This document shows positions 51,497 through 62,015 of a DNA stretch of 64,000 nucleotides, piece by piece. Within the stretch, counting starts at the first letter, position 1. The number at the start of each line of letters is the position of its first letter. Origin of the DNA: an uncultured delta proteobacterium. Lineage in GTDB: Bacteria; Desulfobacterota; Binatia; UBA9968. Where the stretch lies: positions 1-64,000 of the forward strand of contig CAVXEP010000018.1 of NCBI GenBank assembly GCA_963760795.1. The letters run 5' to 3'. Under the pieces are notes generated by a model. It worked only from the letters and a program-made list of their open reading frames with translations, had not been told where the DNA came from and searched no databases. The position numbers and the translations under genes are program-made.

Positions 51497-52141
51497 ATGC
51501 AGTGTCGCGCCCGAACCTTGACAAGAGTGAAGCCGCTAAGACTGCTTTGGCTGGTTGCGTTATTGCTCCTCATTGACGTCGCGAGCGCGGGACTCTCGGG
51601 TCTGGCAGCGCCGGCGAACCGTTTCTTAGCCGGCCAATTGCTCGTCGCCAGCAGCGAAATGAAGGACCCGCGTTTCGCCGAATCGATCATCTACCTGGTA
51701 AAACACGATGACACAGGCGCACTCGGTTTAGTCGTCAACAAGCCGGTTGCCAAGGTGCCCTTCGACGAACTGCTGAAAGGCTTTGGCATCGAGGACAAAG
51801 GCGCCAAGGGCGAAATCGTTGTGCATTACGGCGGGCCGGTAAGCCGCCATCAAGGGTTTGTCCTGCATAGCGATGACTGGGTCCTAGATAGCAGCACCAA
51901 AGTCAAAGACGGCGTCGCCATGACCGCCGACGCCAAAATGGTGCAAGCGCTCGCGGTCGGCAAAGGTCCGCGCCAAGCGTTGCTAATCTTGGGCTACGCC
52001 GGTTGGGCCGCCGGCCAGTTGGAAATGGAACTCAAAGACAATTCATGGTTCGCGATCGCCGCTGACAAGTCGTTAGTCTTCGGCAATGAACCCGAGAAAA
52101 AATGGCGCCGCGCCATGGACAAAAGACAGATACCGCTGTGA
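51497..52141 (+). CDS. YqgE/AlgH family protein
   Basis: LLVAS..MKDPRF, GLVVNKP, YGGPV, GYAGW..GQLE.E. Confidence 0.9.
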   Translation: MQCRARTLTRVKPLRLLWLVALLLLIDVASAGLSGLAAPANRFLAGQLLVASSEMKDPRFAESIIYLVKHDDTGALGLVVNKPVAKVPFDELLKGFGIEDKGAKGEIVVHYGGPVSRHQGFVLHSDDWVLDSSTKVKDGVAMTADAKMVQALAVGKGPRQALLILGYAGWAAGQLEMELKDNSWFAIAADKSLVFGNEPEKKWRRAMDKRQIPL

Positions 52142-52207
52142 TATGAAAGAACCGGCAGAGCTCGGAAACGGACACCGGGACACAGCCAACATCATTTGGG
52201 AGAACTT

Positions 52208-52559
52208 ATGAAAATCGTCAGACTCTACAGCGGCAGCGATCAAAAATCGCACTTTGAAGAAATCGAACTAAGATTCGCCGGCAACCAACCGATGCTCAGC
52301 ACCGACATGCGCGCCGCCACCGGCGCGGTGTTTCGCTCCGCTCCCGTGGGACTATTCTTGGAGCGCCATCCCGCGCCGCGACGGCAGTATCTCGTCACCC
52401 TCTCCGGCTCCTGGGAGATCGAAGCGAGCAACGGCGTCAAGCGGGTATTTACAAACCGGCGACGTCATGCTCGCCGACGACACCAGCGGCGAAGGCCACA
52501 CCTCGCGCGTGCTCGGCAGCGAGCCCCATGTGTTCATGACCGTGCCACTGGCGGATTAG
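52208..52559 (+). CDS. Cupin-like hypothetical protein, frameshift at ~52450
   Basis: RLYSG.D..SHFE, HPAPRRQY.VTLSG, then GDVMLADDTSGEGH in the shifted frame. Confidence 0.75.
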
Positions 52560-52640
52560 AAGATAATAGGTTCCAGTCGTTCCAAACGTTCAAATCGTTG
52601 CAGTCGTTTGGCACCCGCAATCGAGCATCCCGGAGAAATT

Positions 52641-53573
52641 ATGCTGCGCATCGCCGTACCCGACTTAGTATCGAATTCTTATTTCCCGATCATCGCGGCC
52701 GTCGAGATGGGATTTTTCACGGAAGAAGGCTTCGACGCTTCCGTCGATCTATTATTTCCCATTCCAAAAACCTTCGAAGCGCTGCGCGATGGCGCCCTCG
52801 ACTTCGTCGTCGGCTCGGCCCACGCGACGTTGCTCGCGTTCCCCGAGTGGCAAGGCGCCAAGCTGCTCGCCGCCTGCGGCCAGCATACTTACTGGTTTCT
52901 GGTCATCCGTAGCGATCTCAAACCGCAGCGCGGCGATTTGAGCATCGTTAAAGGCTTGCGCATCGGCGCCGCGCCGGGCGTCAATTTGAGCTTGCAGCGC
53001 CTGTTGGTCGAAGCCGGCATCGATCCCGACAAAAATAATGTTCAGATTATGCCCATTCCTGGCGCGGGAGGGCCAAACGTTTCCTTCGGCCTGTCGGCAG
53101 CCAAAGCACTCGAGGAAGGCACACTGGACGGTTTTTGGGCCAATGGCATGGGTTGCGAAGTGGCCGTGCGGCGCGGCATCGGCACCATGGTCCTCGATGT
53201 CCGCCGCGGCGACGGCCCGACGGCGGCACGTCATTACACGTTCTCTGCACTGGTGGCGACGGACCAGACGATCAAGGACAACCCGGCAGCAGCCCGTGCC
53301 GCGGTGCGCGCGCTGATGAAAGCTCACAAGGCTTTAAAGCAAGATCCCGCGCGCGCTACTGCGGTGGGCCAAAAGCGCTTTCCAGCCTCCGAAGCAGAAC
53401 TGATCGCCGAACTGGTGCGCCGCGATCTGCCCTTTTACGACCCGACGATTGCACCGGAAAAGGTCGAGAGCATGAACCGCTTCGCCCAAGACATCGGCCT
53501 GCTCAAGGCCCCGGCAGCCTATGACCAGGTGGTCGCGATCGAGTACAGCAGCCTTTGGCACGAACCCGTGTAG
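52641..53573 (+). CDS. ABC transporter substrate-binding protein (NMT1-like; no evident signal peptide)
   Basis: AVEMGFFTEEG, GLRIGAAPG, AYDQVV. Confidence 0.8.
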   Translation: MLRIAVPDLVSNSYFPIIAAVEMGFFTEEGFDASVDLLFPIPKTFEALRDGALDFVVGSAHATLLAFPEWQGAKLLAACGQHTYWFLVIRSDLKPQRGDLSIVKGLRIGAAPGVNLSLQRLLVEAGIDPDKNNVQIMPIPGAGGPNVSFGLSAAKALEEGTLDGFWANGMGCEVAVRRGIGTMVLDVRRGDGPTAARHYTFSALVATDQTIKDNPAAARAAVRALMKAHKALKQDPARATAVGQKRFPASEAELIAELVRRDLPFYDPTIAPEKVESMNRFAQDIGLLKAPAAYDQVVAIEYSSLWHEPV

Positions 53574-53790
53574 GCTGGCCCTGCTCATGAAACCATCCCT
53601 AGCGAATCGATTTGCCCAATGGGATTGAGAAATTGGCCCGCCGCGCGATCACTTGCGAGGACCGCTAAAAGCCTGCGCGCGAAATGATATTAAGGTGCTA
53701 AGTAGCCAAATCTAGAGACTTTACATAGTAAATAAACACCGATAGACTTATCACACAAGCGTCCCATTTATTTTTCACCAACGGAACTTT

Positions 53791-54402
53791 TTGGTGCAAG
53801 CAAAGTCTAACCCCTCTGAAACAATGCAGTCAGACTCGATCAGCGACGCCGAGTATGTCCAAAAGCTACAGAGCGGGCAGGTCGACGCTTTTGAGGCATT
53901 GATCCGGCGCCATGAGAAGACCATTTTCAACCTCGTCTACCGCATGCTAGGCGATTATGACGACGCCGCGGAAACCACCCAAGAGGTGTTTCTTTCGGCT
54001 TACCGGGCCATTGGCCAGTTTCGCGGCGACGCCAATTTTTCCACATGGCTTTATCGCATCGCGCTCAATCATGCGACGACGCGGCGCAAGACCATGAATA
54101 CTCACCATCAACGCCAAGTTCCCATCGAAAACACCGAACCCCTGAGCGATCCCCAACCCGGTCCAGCGGAATCCATGGAAAAAAAAGAAATACGTGAAAC
54201 CGTGCAAAGAGCTCTAAACAGCTTGTCCGCCGATGACGCCACCGTGATCCTTCTGCGCGATCTCCAAGACGTGTCCTACGACGAGGTCGCCCGGGTGCTC
54301 GAAGTGCCGGTGGGAACCGTTAAGTCACGCTTGCATCGCGCCCGGCAAGCACTCAAATCCGAATTAGCATCCTACTTCTACGCCGGAAGGAAGGCAGTAT
54401 GA
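53791..54402 (+). CDS. ECF RNA polymerase sigma factor
   Basis: DAAETTQEVF, FSTWLYRIA.N, GTVKSRLHRAR. Confidence 0.94.
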   Translation: MVQAKSNPSETMQSDSISDAEYVQKLQSGQVDAFEALIRRHEKTIFNLVYRMLGDYDDAAETTQEVFLSAYRAIGQFRGDANFSTWLYRIALNHATTRRKTMNTHHQRQVPIENTEPLSDPQPGPAESMEKKEIRETVQRALNSLSADDATVILLRDLQDVSYDEVARVLEVPVGTVKSRLHRARQALKSELASYFYAGRKAV

Positions 54403-55508
54403 ACTGCGAAGAGGTCGCCAAGCATCTGACCGAATATCTCGACAAAAACCTCGACATGGCGATGACCACGCGGGTCGCGACCCATGTGATTTCCTGCGCC
54501 CATTGCCGCACCGAATCCAACGAGTTAGCCGATTGCATCCAGCAAGTGGCAACCTTGCCGGTGATGGAACCGCCGCTCGGCTTCGCTCAGCGGGTTATGG
54601 CCCAAGTGCGCGACAGCGAGCCGAAAGCGAGCCTGTGGCAGCGGCTGATTGTGCCGCTGACAGGTGGCATTCCAGTCCAGGCAACCGCCATGGCGGTGAT
54701 CGCGATCTTCGCAGTAGTTTTCTATCAAAATGAACCAGCGTTAAAACAAAATCGTGAGGTCAATCTGGCGTTAAAATCTGCCAGCCCAGCGCCGATTAAA
54801 GAAAATGAACCAGCAGCCCCAACCGCCGCGGGCCAAGCTTCAGAGACGCGCCAAAAAACAGTTGCCCCAGTAAAGGCTCCCGCGGATCTTGCCAAGCGGA
54901 GCAGCGCAGAAACTTCGCCGCGCGCGTCGTCATCGTCACCAGCTGAATCGCCACAGCTTCGACCTGCAACGCCAGCGCCGTCACGAGCCGAATCAGAAAT
55001 TGCCGCGGAAGAAAAGAAAGAAGCTCCCAGACGACCGCCGCTGCGGGTCCAAGAAGTGACCACGGCACGGGATTCCGGTTTTATTTTTGGCGATCGTCGA
55101 AGTTTTACTGGGTCGCAACCCGCGCCGATTGGGTTGGAGCGACCGATTGCGCTCGGCGATCGAGTTGCCGATTTTGAGTTCGTCGTACGCCGGCGCTCGC
55201 CCCAGCGCCGCGATACTATCGAAAATTTGAACAGCACAGAGGTAGAAGACTCGCCGGCTACGGCGCGCCGCCCATCAACCATGCCACAGACAGGGAGAGC
55301 CAGAATAGAATCTATCGCGGAAATAAGATTTTATGACGTCGCCCCCGAACACTTCGAAATTTTCAAAAAAGAGCTAGCCACAGAAGCCAACATAGAGTCA
55401 GAACCGAAGGTCAGCGGCAAGGAAATCGAAGCCGCCAAACAAGCCGACCGCCAGTTATTGGTCAAAGTAACGATTTTACCGGTGGATCGTGCCACGCCAA
55501 CCCGCTAA
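54399..55508 (+). CDS. Zinc-finger (zf-HC2) anti-sigma factor
   Basis: HVISCAHC (HxxxCxxC), transmembrane segment, ATGA overlap with the sigma gene. Confidence 0.88.
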   Translation: MNCEEVAKHLTEYLDKNLDMAMTTRVATHVISCAHCRTESNELADCIQQVATLPVMEPPLGFAQRVMAQVRDSEPKASLWQRLIVPLTGGIPVQATAMAVIAIFAVVFYQNEPALKQNREVNLALKSASPAPIKENEPAAPTAAGQASETRQKTVAPVKAPADLAKRSSAETSPRASSSSPAESPQLRPATPAPSRAESEIAAEEKKEAPRRPPLRVQEVTTARDSGFIFGDRRSFTGSQPAPIGLERPIALGDRVADFEFVVRRRSPQRRDTIENLNSTEVEDSPATARRPSTMPQTGRARIESIAEIRFYDVAPEHFEIFKKELATEANIESEPKVSGKEIEAAKQADRQLLVKVTILPVDRATPTR

Positions 55509-55588
55509 AATTCCAGCCATCTTCTGAGAACTTCCAGTCGAAACTGCAGCTAATTTTTGGTCAAGATCGGGATATCCCGACAACGCGT

Positions 55589-56077
55589 TCAACCGACAAA
55601 GAGAGTATATTTGGCGCCGTTCAGATTGCTGAGGGGCTTAGGATGCAGCAAACGGCGGTCCGGCGCGAGGACCCGTTGGGCGATTTCCCAATTCACCGGC
55701 GGCAGTGGGGTGAGCTTGCCGATCTGTTCCAGCGAGAAAAATTCTGCATGGTCGGTCTCATGGCCGTCGGGACACGGCTCGCCGGCGATGGGACGCAAAA
55801 GCAGGATCACGTAAACGCCATTGCCGCTGTCGGGATCGTAGCGGCTTCGCAAACCCAGGACAGCTTCGACTTCAGCCGTCACCCCCGCTTCTTCTTGAAC
55901 TTCTCGGACCACGGCCTGTTCGATGGTCTCGTCGGGTTCAATAAAACCGCCCGGCAATTGCCAATTACCTCGCCCATGGCGCGACGACCGGCGCACGAAC
56001 AGTAATTTATCGTCGCGCACCACCGCGCCACCGACGCCGATGTTGTAGCCAGTATTGTAGCGTTCAGGAATTGCCAC
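55589..56077 (-). CDS. NUDIX hydrolase
   Basis: PGG..EPDETIEQAVVREVQEEAG Nudix box. Confidence 0.93.
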   Translation of the reverse strand: MAIPERYNTGYNIGVGGAVVRDDKLLFVRRSSRHGRGNWQLPGGFIEPDETIEQAVVREVQEEAGVTAEVEAVLGLRSRYDPDSGNGVYVILLLRPIAGEPCPDGHETDHAEFFSLEQIGKLTPLPPVNWEIAQRVLAPDRRLLHPKPLSNLNGAKYTLFVG

Positions 56078-56106
56078 TGGGATAAAAACCTTTCTGTTGC
56101 CGTAAT

Positions 56107-57289
56107 TTAACCGGGCAATTGAAACAATCGCTGCGCGTTCTTGTAGCGAATCAACTCTTTCGCGTCCTCGGAGATGTGCTTGTGGTCGCGCAAGAGCCGG
56201 ACATCTTCGAATTTCATCCTGCCGCCGGGATCGTCATGGGGGTAGTCGGTGGCGAAGAGAAACCGCTCGGCGCCGAGAAATTCGATCGCTTCCGAAAGCT
56301 CCGGCTCTTCGGTCTCGATGGTGAATGAGAAATTATTTTTGAAATAGTAACTCGCGGGTTTGATATTCTTTTCGAGAAATAATTGCGCCGGATTGATCGC
56401 CCGCGCGCGCCGCAGCCGCTCGCCGACCTTGGTCAACGGACCGCGGCTGTTGAGCGGATCTTCCTGGTCGTCATAATCCACCGGCGGGCTGTCCAAAATC
56501 TTATCGAGCCATTGAACTAAAGGTTTGATGAACGAAGTGCCGGCTTCGGTAAAAATAAACTGCAACTTCGGAAAGTCATCGAGCAAGCCGCTGGTGATCA
56601 GCGACACCAAACTCATCTGCCCTTCTTGGGGCGCGAAGATATACAACCCGTCGCGCTGGAAGATCGGCAGATTGCTCAACCGGTGGCCATGCTGGACATT
56701 ATGCAGATAGATCGGCATCGACAGTTCTTCGGCACGTTTAAAAAACGGCCAAAGCTCGCGGTGGCTGCCGAGCGGCTCGCCGTAAGGATGATCCTTTACC
56801 GGATAAATTTTGTCGAGGACCACTGCGCAAAAGCCGCGATCCTTGGCCCATTCCATCTCGCCGACCGCCCCGGCCACATCTTGCAGCGGCACCAACGCCA
56901 CACCGAGAATCTTGCCGGAATATTCGCTCATCAAGCGCAGTAATGACTCGTTGTGCGAGCGCGCCATGCGGCAGGCGAGTTCCGCTTCGATCAGGTAAGA
57001 CCACCAGCCGGAAAACTGCGGCAGCACGATCTGCCGATCGATACCCAGCCGGCCGTCATAGTCTTTCATCCGCGCGACCGGATCCCAGAGGCTACGAAAC
57101 ATCGCCCCCGATCCCGGCGCCGGCAGCGGGCTCGTGCCGGTAACTTCCGATGGATAGCCGGGAAAGTCTACGTCAACGTAGAGCTCCTGGGCGTCGAACT
57201 TTGAGCGTCGGCTTAATCGTTTCCAGAACACCGTCGACGCCGTTGAAGGCGTCTCGCGGCATAAGGTGGGTATCGCAATCGATGATCAA
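56107..57289 (-). CDS. Amidohydrolase_2 family protein, frameshift at ~57200
   Basis: GGAGG then TTG start IIDCDTH; IYLH, FTEAG, ATDYPHDD. Confidence 0.85.
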
Positions 57290-57438
57290 TGTAGAGCCTC
57301 CGAAGTATGCATACGCTTCGGTTATAAGGCTCTCCCGCGCACTATGTCAATTAGGCAGACGAGGGCGGACCGGCAAGTCCGCCCTCTAATGAAAAGTTTC
57401 TGTCACCGGTTGCGATCGCGAAGTCTGAAGATATCCGA

Positions 57439-57994
57439 TCAGTCTCGACCGTGGCCCCAACCCCACCGGTCGGCAACGCGCCCGCGGCTACGATCGTCCC
57501 GGCGCCCCCAACCCCAAGCGTTGGTGTCATTACGTCCCAGACGGCTGCGATCGTCCCGGCGGCCCCAGCCCCAACCGAGGGAGTCATTACGGCCCAAACG
57601 GTCGCGTTGCCCAACGTTAGTATCCCGACCGTACCAGCGGTCCCGATTCGAGCTCAACGTCTCAAGATTTTCGCTGATTTCACGATGATCCTGAGCCAGT
57701 TCTTCAAGGTCACGGCGAATCTCTTCACGCTTACGATAGATTTCCTGACGGCTCGCGCCGCTGCGCTGGAGCCGCTCCAATTCGGCGCGATCGCGCTCAA
57801 GCTCGGTTTGATCCCGGCGCAGTTCAGCGTGGTCTCGCTGCAACTCGGTTGCTCTGGAGTTGCGAGCTCGTGCCGCTATCCCGGTCCAAATCCCTTTGCC
57901 GGCTGCGTGCGTCGGCGCTCGCTGAGTCGGGCGTCGCGAAAGCCAACAGCGATACAATCCCGGCGGCAAATAGTCCTTTTGTGGTTATGGTCAT
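57439..57994 (-). CDS. Secreted Arg/Asp-rich protein with heptad and WGWG repeats, frameshifted at ~57870
   Basis: GGAGG RBS, signal peptide, ELxRDxx heptads, 19-aa repeats (57-bp DNA period at 57491/57548). Confidence 0.7.
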
Positions 57995-58075
57995 TGTAAG
58001 AACCTCCTTGGCCAATTAGACGGCGCGGCCGAGCTAACGTTAACGAGGCCGCTTTAAAAATCCTTCGGCCGCCGT

Positions 58076-58864
58076 TTGCAGCGCGAACCTTCGCCGCACA
58101 ATTCGCTAAAAATCGCCAGACCCCCCACCGGCGAGACCCGGGCGCGCGTCGCCTTTTTCTCTACCTGTTATGTGAACTACAACCAGCCCGAGATCGGCAA
58201 TGACACTCTCGATGTCATGGGGCGCAACAATGTCTATGTCGCGCTGGCCTACGAGCGCTGTTGCGTATGCCGTTATTGCACAACGGCGATATGGACGGCG
58301 CCATCGCTGCCGCCGAACGCAATGTCGCCTACCTGTTAAGCTTTGTCGAGGACGGCAGAACGGTGATCGCGACCAATCCGACCTGCTCGCAGATGCTGCG
58401 CGTCGAGTATCCGCGCCTGCTCGGCAGCGACGCGGCCAAGACGGTCGCCGCGGCGACCATGGATCCGATGGAATTTCTCGCCAAACTAGCGGCGGATGGC
58501 AAACTCAACAAGAAGTTTAAAACTAGCGCGGGAGCGATTAGCTATCATATCCCCTGCCACCTGCGCGCCCAAAACGTCGGCTACAAAACCCGCGATGTCT
58601 TGTCGCTCCTGCCGGATACCCAAGGTAAAGGTCGTCGAAGCGTGCTCCGGTCATGACGGCACTTGGGCCATGAAGAAAGAGAACTTTGAGAGGTCGCTTA
58701 AATATGGCGGCCGGGCGTTTAAGGAAATGGCCGAGAGTGATCCCAAAGTCACCTGCTCCGACTGCCCGCTGGCGGCAATTCAAATCGAACAGGCCAACGG
58801 CAAAAGGCCGCTCAATCCGATGCAGATTTTGGCGATGAGTTATCGCGGCGAATCGATCGCTTAG
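58076..58864 (+). pseudogene. 5'-truncated CCG-domain (GlpC/HdrB-like) Fe-S oxidoreductase, frameshifted
   Basis: TCYVNYN.P, RCC, PTCS, YHIPCH, CSGHDG, SDCPLA; no N-terminal ferredoxin domain or start context. Confidence 0.7.
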
Positions 58865-58903
58865 AATCTCACAAGGCTCACGGGGCGACGACGATATTCC
58901 GGC

Positions 58904-59655
58904 TCAGCTAGCAACCGCGCTGGTGCATGACAAGTCGCTCTCCTGAATGCCGCAAACCAAAGCAACTTCGTCGCGGTAGAGTTGCCAAATTCTGAGCGCA
59001 TCCTCCATCACCCGCACCACGGCGCCCCGGCGCAGCGGCACGACATGATCCAAGATCGCGTTCCAAGCGGCGGCGCGGTGGCAGTCCTTCCACCTGTCGA
59101 TGGGCTTTGGTCAGCGCTAAATGCTCCACCGAGAGTCCGTAATATTTCACCAGGGGATGTTCCTCCAGCGGCGGTGGCGGCTGATTTTTCCTGGCATCGA
59201 GCGCGGCTCTTTCAGCGCTCGATCCTTCGACAAAGATGGTGACGATTGCCGACGCGATATCCCAACCGAAGGACTCTGTCGCGGCGTCGAGAAAATTCAC
59301 GGTAACGCTGCGCCGCCGGCAACAGCTGGATATTTTGAAATCGGCTCAGGTCCATACCGAGGCCGCGGGGATATTCGAGAAAAAGCTCGGGGTGAGGCCG
59401 GCCGGCGACCAGGCCGCCGGTTTCTTCTTCGTAGAGATTCTCCGCCAAGCTGCGGCGAATCTCGGCGATGGGACAGCGAATATAGGATCGCCCAACGAGT
59501 ATCGGAAAGTCGCGCACGTAGGTGCCATATTCTTGCTCGAAATGAAAATGCAGCCGATCTCTGGGCACGCGGCCTGAAGTAAAAGCCGGCCAGGCCCAAT
59601 GATCCTTACGTTCCATCACACCGAGAAGCTGTTCGCGAAAGGTTTCCCGATTCAT
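58904..59655 (-). CDS. Heme-oxygenase-like diiron protein (PqqC/TenA/CADD-like), several frameshifts
   Basis: ENLYEEETG....PHPELFL, FVEG, H..VEG; GGAGG RBS. Confidence 0.75.
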
Positions 59656-60018
59656 CGAGACCTCCATTACCTATCAGGCTGTTGTCTATTACTACAACGA
59701 GCAACCTTAGTGCCAGCGAATAATTACGAGAAACACTTGTTTTCGTACCCAACATCCCGGCATCGGCGCGAAGCAATTGGAATGTATCGATGAATCGGGC
59801 CGCAGTGCCACAATGCTTATGGTCTGGCGGTAGCCATGCTGAGCTGTAGTCCGGAAACAAAGCACAATGCAGCCTAGGGGTTCGCCCTGGCTTCACCGTA
59901 GTGACGAACTGAGCGAATTATTGCAGACAATTCGATTCTATTGTTGCCAGTTTAGCACTTTCGGGTGCAATAGGCCTTTCATTGGCAGATTTTTGCCAAC
60001 TGTGTTAGGCAGGAAGAA

Positions 60019-61566
60019 ATGACTTCTAGTTACAGCGAAAAGCCTGCGCCACTGGCGAGCGGCACACCCGAACATGTCGATAAGTTGCGCGTCGTGCTCA
60101 ATATTTGCCGGCGTATGAGTGCGATCACCGACCTGGCCTCGCTCCAGACCTTGATTACCCGCGAAGCCAAGGAGCTGTTGCAGGCCGATCGCGTCAGCGT
60201 TTTTCTTTTCGACCGCGACAACTGCGAGTTGTGGTCAGCGATCTCTGAAGAAGGCAAGATCATGCGCTTCGACGCCCGCCTTGGTATTGCCGGCGCGGTG
60301 GCTATGACCGGGAAAGCCATCAACACGGCAAACGCCTACGAGCATCCGTTGTTTTACAAAGAAGTCGATATTGAAACCGGCTATCGCACCCGCAACCTGC
60401 TGGCCGTGCCGCTTTACAGTCTCGACGGCGCCGTCATCGGTGTCGGCGAAGCGACCAACAAAATCGGCGGCGTGTTTACCGACGCCGACGCCGAGATCCT
60501 GACGACACTGGCGGCCCAGCTCGCCGATGTGATCGAGAACTCGCCGATTGCCAGCGAGCTCAAGACTCATAAGCAGGAACCGCGGAGCTACCCCGCCGCC
60601 GAATTCATCAGCGGCTTCGCCACCCAAAAGATCGTCGGCATGAGTCATCGCATAGAGTCGATCATCCGCTTGATCGACCAGATTCGCCCAAGTTCGGTGG
60701 ACGTCTTGATTCAAGGCGAAAGCGGCACCGGCAAGGAACTGATCGCCAAAGCGCTGCACTTCAACAGCCCGCGAGCCAAGTATCCCTTCGTCGCTCTCAA
60801 CTGCGCGGCACTGCCGGACAACCTGGTAGAAACCGAACTTTTTGGCATCGAAAAAGGCGTCGCCACCGGCGTCGATCGGCGCATCGGAAAATTCGAAGCC
60901 GCCCATGGCGGCACCCTGTTCCTCGATGAAATTGGCGACCTGAGCCTGTCCGCGCAGGCGAAAATTCTCCGGGTGGTGCAAGAACGCTCCATCGATCGCA
61001 TCGGCAGCCGAGCGCCGGTGCCGGTGGACGTGAGGATCGTCGCCGCCACCAATCGCGATCTTGAAACCGCCATGAGAGAAAAACTCTTTCGCGAGGATCT
61101 CTACTACCGGCTGAGCGTCGTGCGCATTCAGACGCCGTCCCTGCGCGAAAGCCCCGAGGACATTCCGATCCTGGCCAATCATTTCTTGCAAAAACATTGC
61201 AGCGCCAACCAGGTGGAACTCAAACAGTTCACGTCCGCGGCCATCGCTAGTTTGATGGCGTACGGTTGGCCAGGGAACGCGCGCCAACTGGAAAACGAAG
61301 TAAAACGCTTAGTCGCATCGGTGCGCAGCGCTGCCATCGATGCCGAGCAACTGGTGCTAGAGAGCCGTAGCAGCCACGCGATTGCCAGACCGGCAGCCGA
61401 ACCGTCGCCGGGGCAAACGCTAAGCCAAGCCATCGATGCATTGGAACGGAAGATGATTCAACAAACCCTCGATGGCTGCAATGGCAACAAAGCCAAAGCC
61501 GCGCAGATACTCGGATTAAGCCGCCAGGGATTGATAAAGAAACTGCGGCGGCTAAAAATGGACTAG
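60019..61566 (+). CDS. GAF-domain sigma54-type enhancer-binding protein (Fis HTH)
   Basis: GAF domain, GESGTGKE, LFLDEIG, FREDLYYRL, WPGN.RQL, HTH; GAFTGA loop replaced by GVATGV. Confidence 0.93.
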   Translation: MTSSYSEKPAPLASGTPEHVDKLRVVLNICRRMSAITDLASLQTLITREAKELLQADRVSVFLFDRDNCELWSAISEEGKIMRFDARLGIAGAVAMTGKAINTANAYEHPLFYKEVDIETGYRTRNLLAVPLYSLDGAVIGVGEATNKIGGVFTDADAEILTTLAAQLADVIENSPIASELKTHKQEPRSYPAAEFISGFATQKIVGMSHRIESIIRLIDQIRPSSVDVLIQGESGTGKELIAKALHFNSPRAKYPFVALNCAALPDNLVETELFGIEKGVATGVDRRIGKFEAAHGGTLFLDEIGDLSLSAQAKILRVVQERSIDRIGSRAPVPVDVRIVAATNRDLETAMREKLFREDLYYRLSVVRIQTPSLRESPEDIPILANHFLQKHCSANQVELKQFTSAAIASLMAYGWPGNARQLENEVKRLVASVRSAAIDAEQLVLESRSSHAIARPAAEPSPGQTLSQAIDALERKMIQQTLDGCNGNKAKAAQILGLSRQGLIKKLRRLKMD

Positions 61567-61689
61567 CAGGTATGATTTTCGCCTCGGGAGACCAAGCGCT
61601 GTCGGCGCACCTGGCTCGCCGACACTTCAGTCATGCTGCGAGAAAGCACCACCCTGTCAATCCGGTGGAGCGCGCGACAACCCGCGCGC

Positions 61690-61929
61690 TTAGCCGGCAA
61701 GCTTCTTGAGGTTTTCTTTAACCGCCGCCCGTAGCAGCGGATTTCGCTTGACCACAGTCGAGTAGGCTTTGCGCGCCGCCGCAGTCTTCGCAGCCGCAGA
61801 TTTAGCCTTTGACGCTTTCAACAGAGCTTGGACCGCGGCATTCAAATCTTTGTTGGAGCTAATCAATTTGCGATTAGCTTTGCGCAATTTCGTCGCCGCC
61901 GCTGCCGATAATTTTACACCTTTGCCCAC
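61690..61929 (-). CDS. Small Lys/Ala-rich basic protein
   Basis: GAGG RBS before GTG; 79 aa, strongly basic and helical. Confidence 0.65.
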   Translation of the reverse strand: MGKGVKLSAAAATKLRKANRKLISSNKDLNAAVQALLKASKAKSAAAKTAAARKAYSTVVKRNPLLRAAVKENLKKLAG

Positions 61930-62015
61930 GTTGCACCTCTTTTGCCGTTGACGTTACATCGTCACACAATACTTCAGATCGACTGCCAATGAAATTATTT
62001 TATTCTTTCGCCAAG

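Noticed and set aside
59982-59999. Sigma54 -24/-12 promoter
   Set aside because: GG-to-GC spacing is 9 nt rather than 10 on both strands; kept only as a palindrome (a homopolymer error cannot be excluded)
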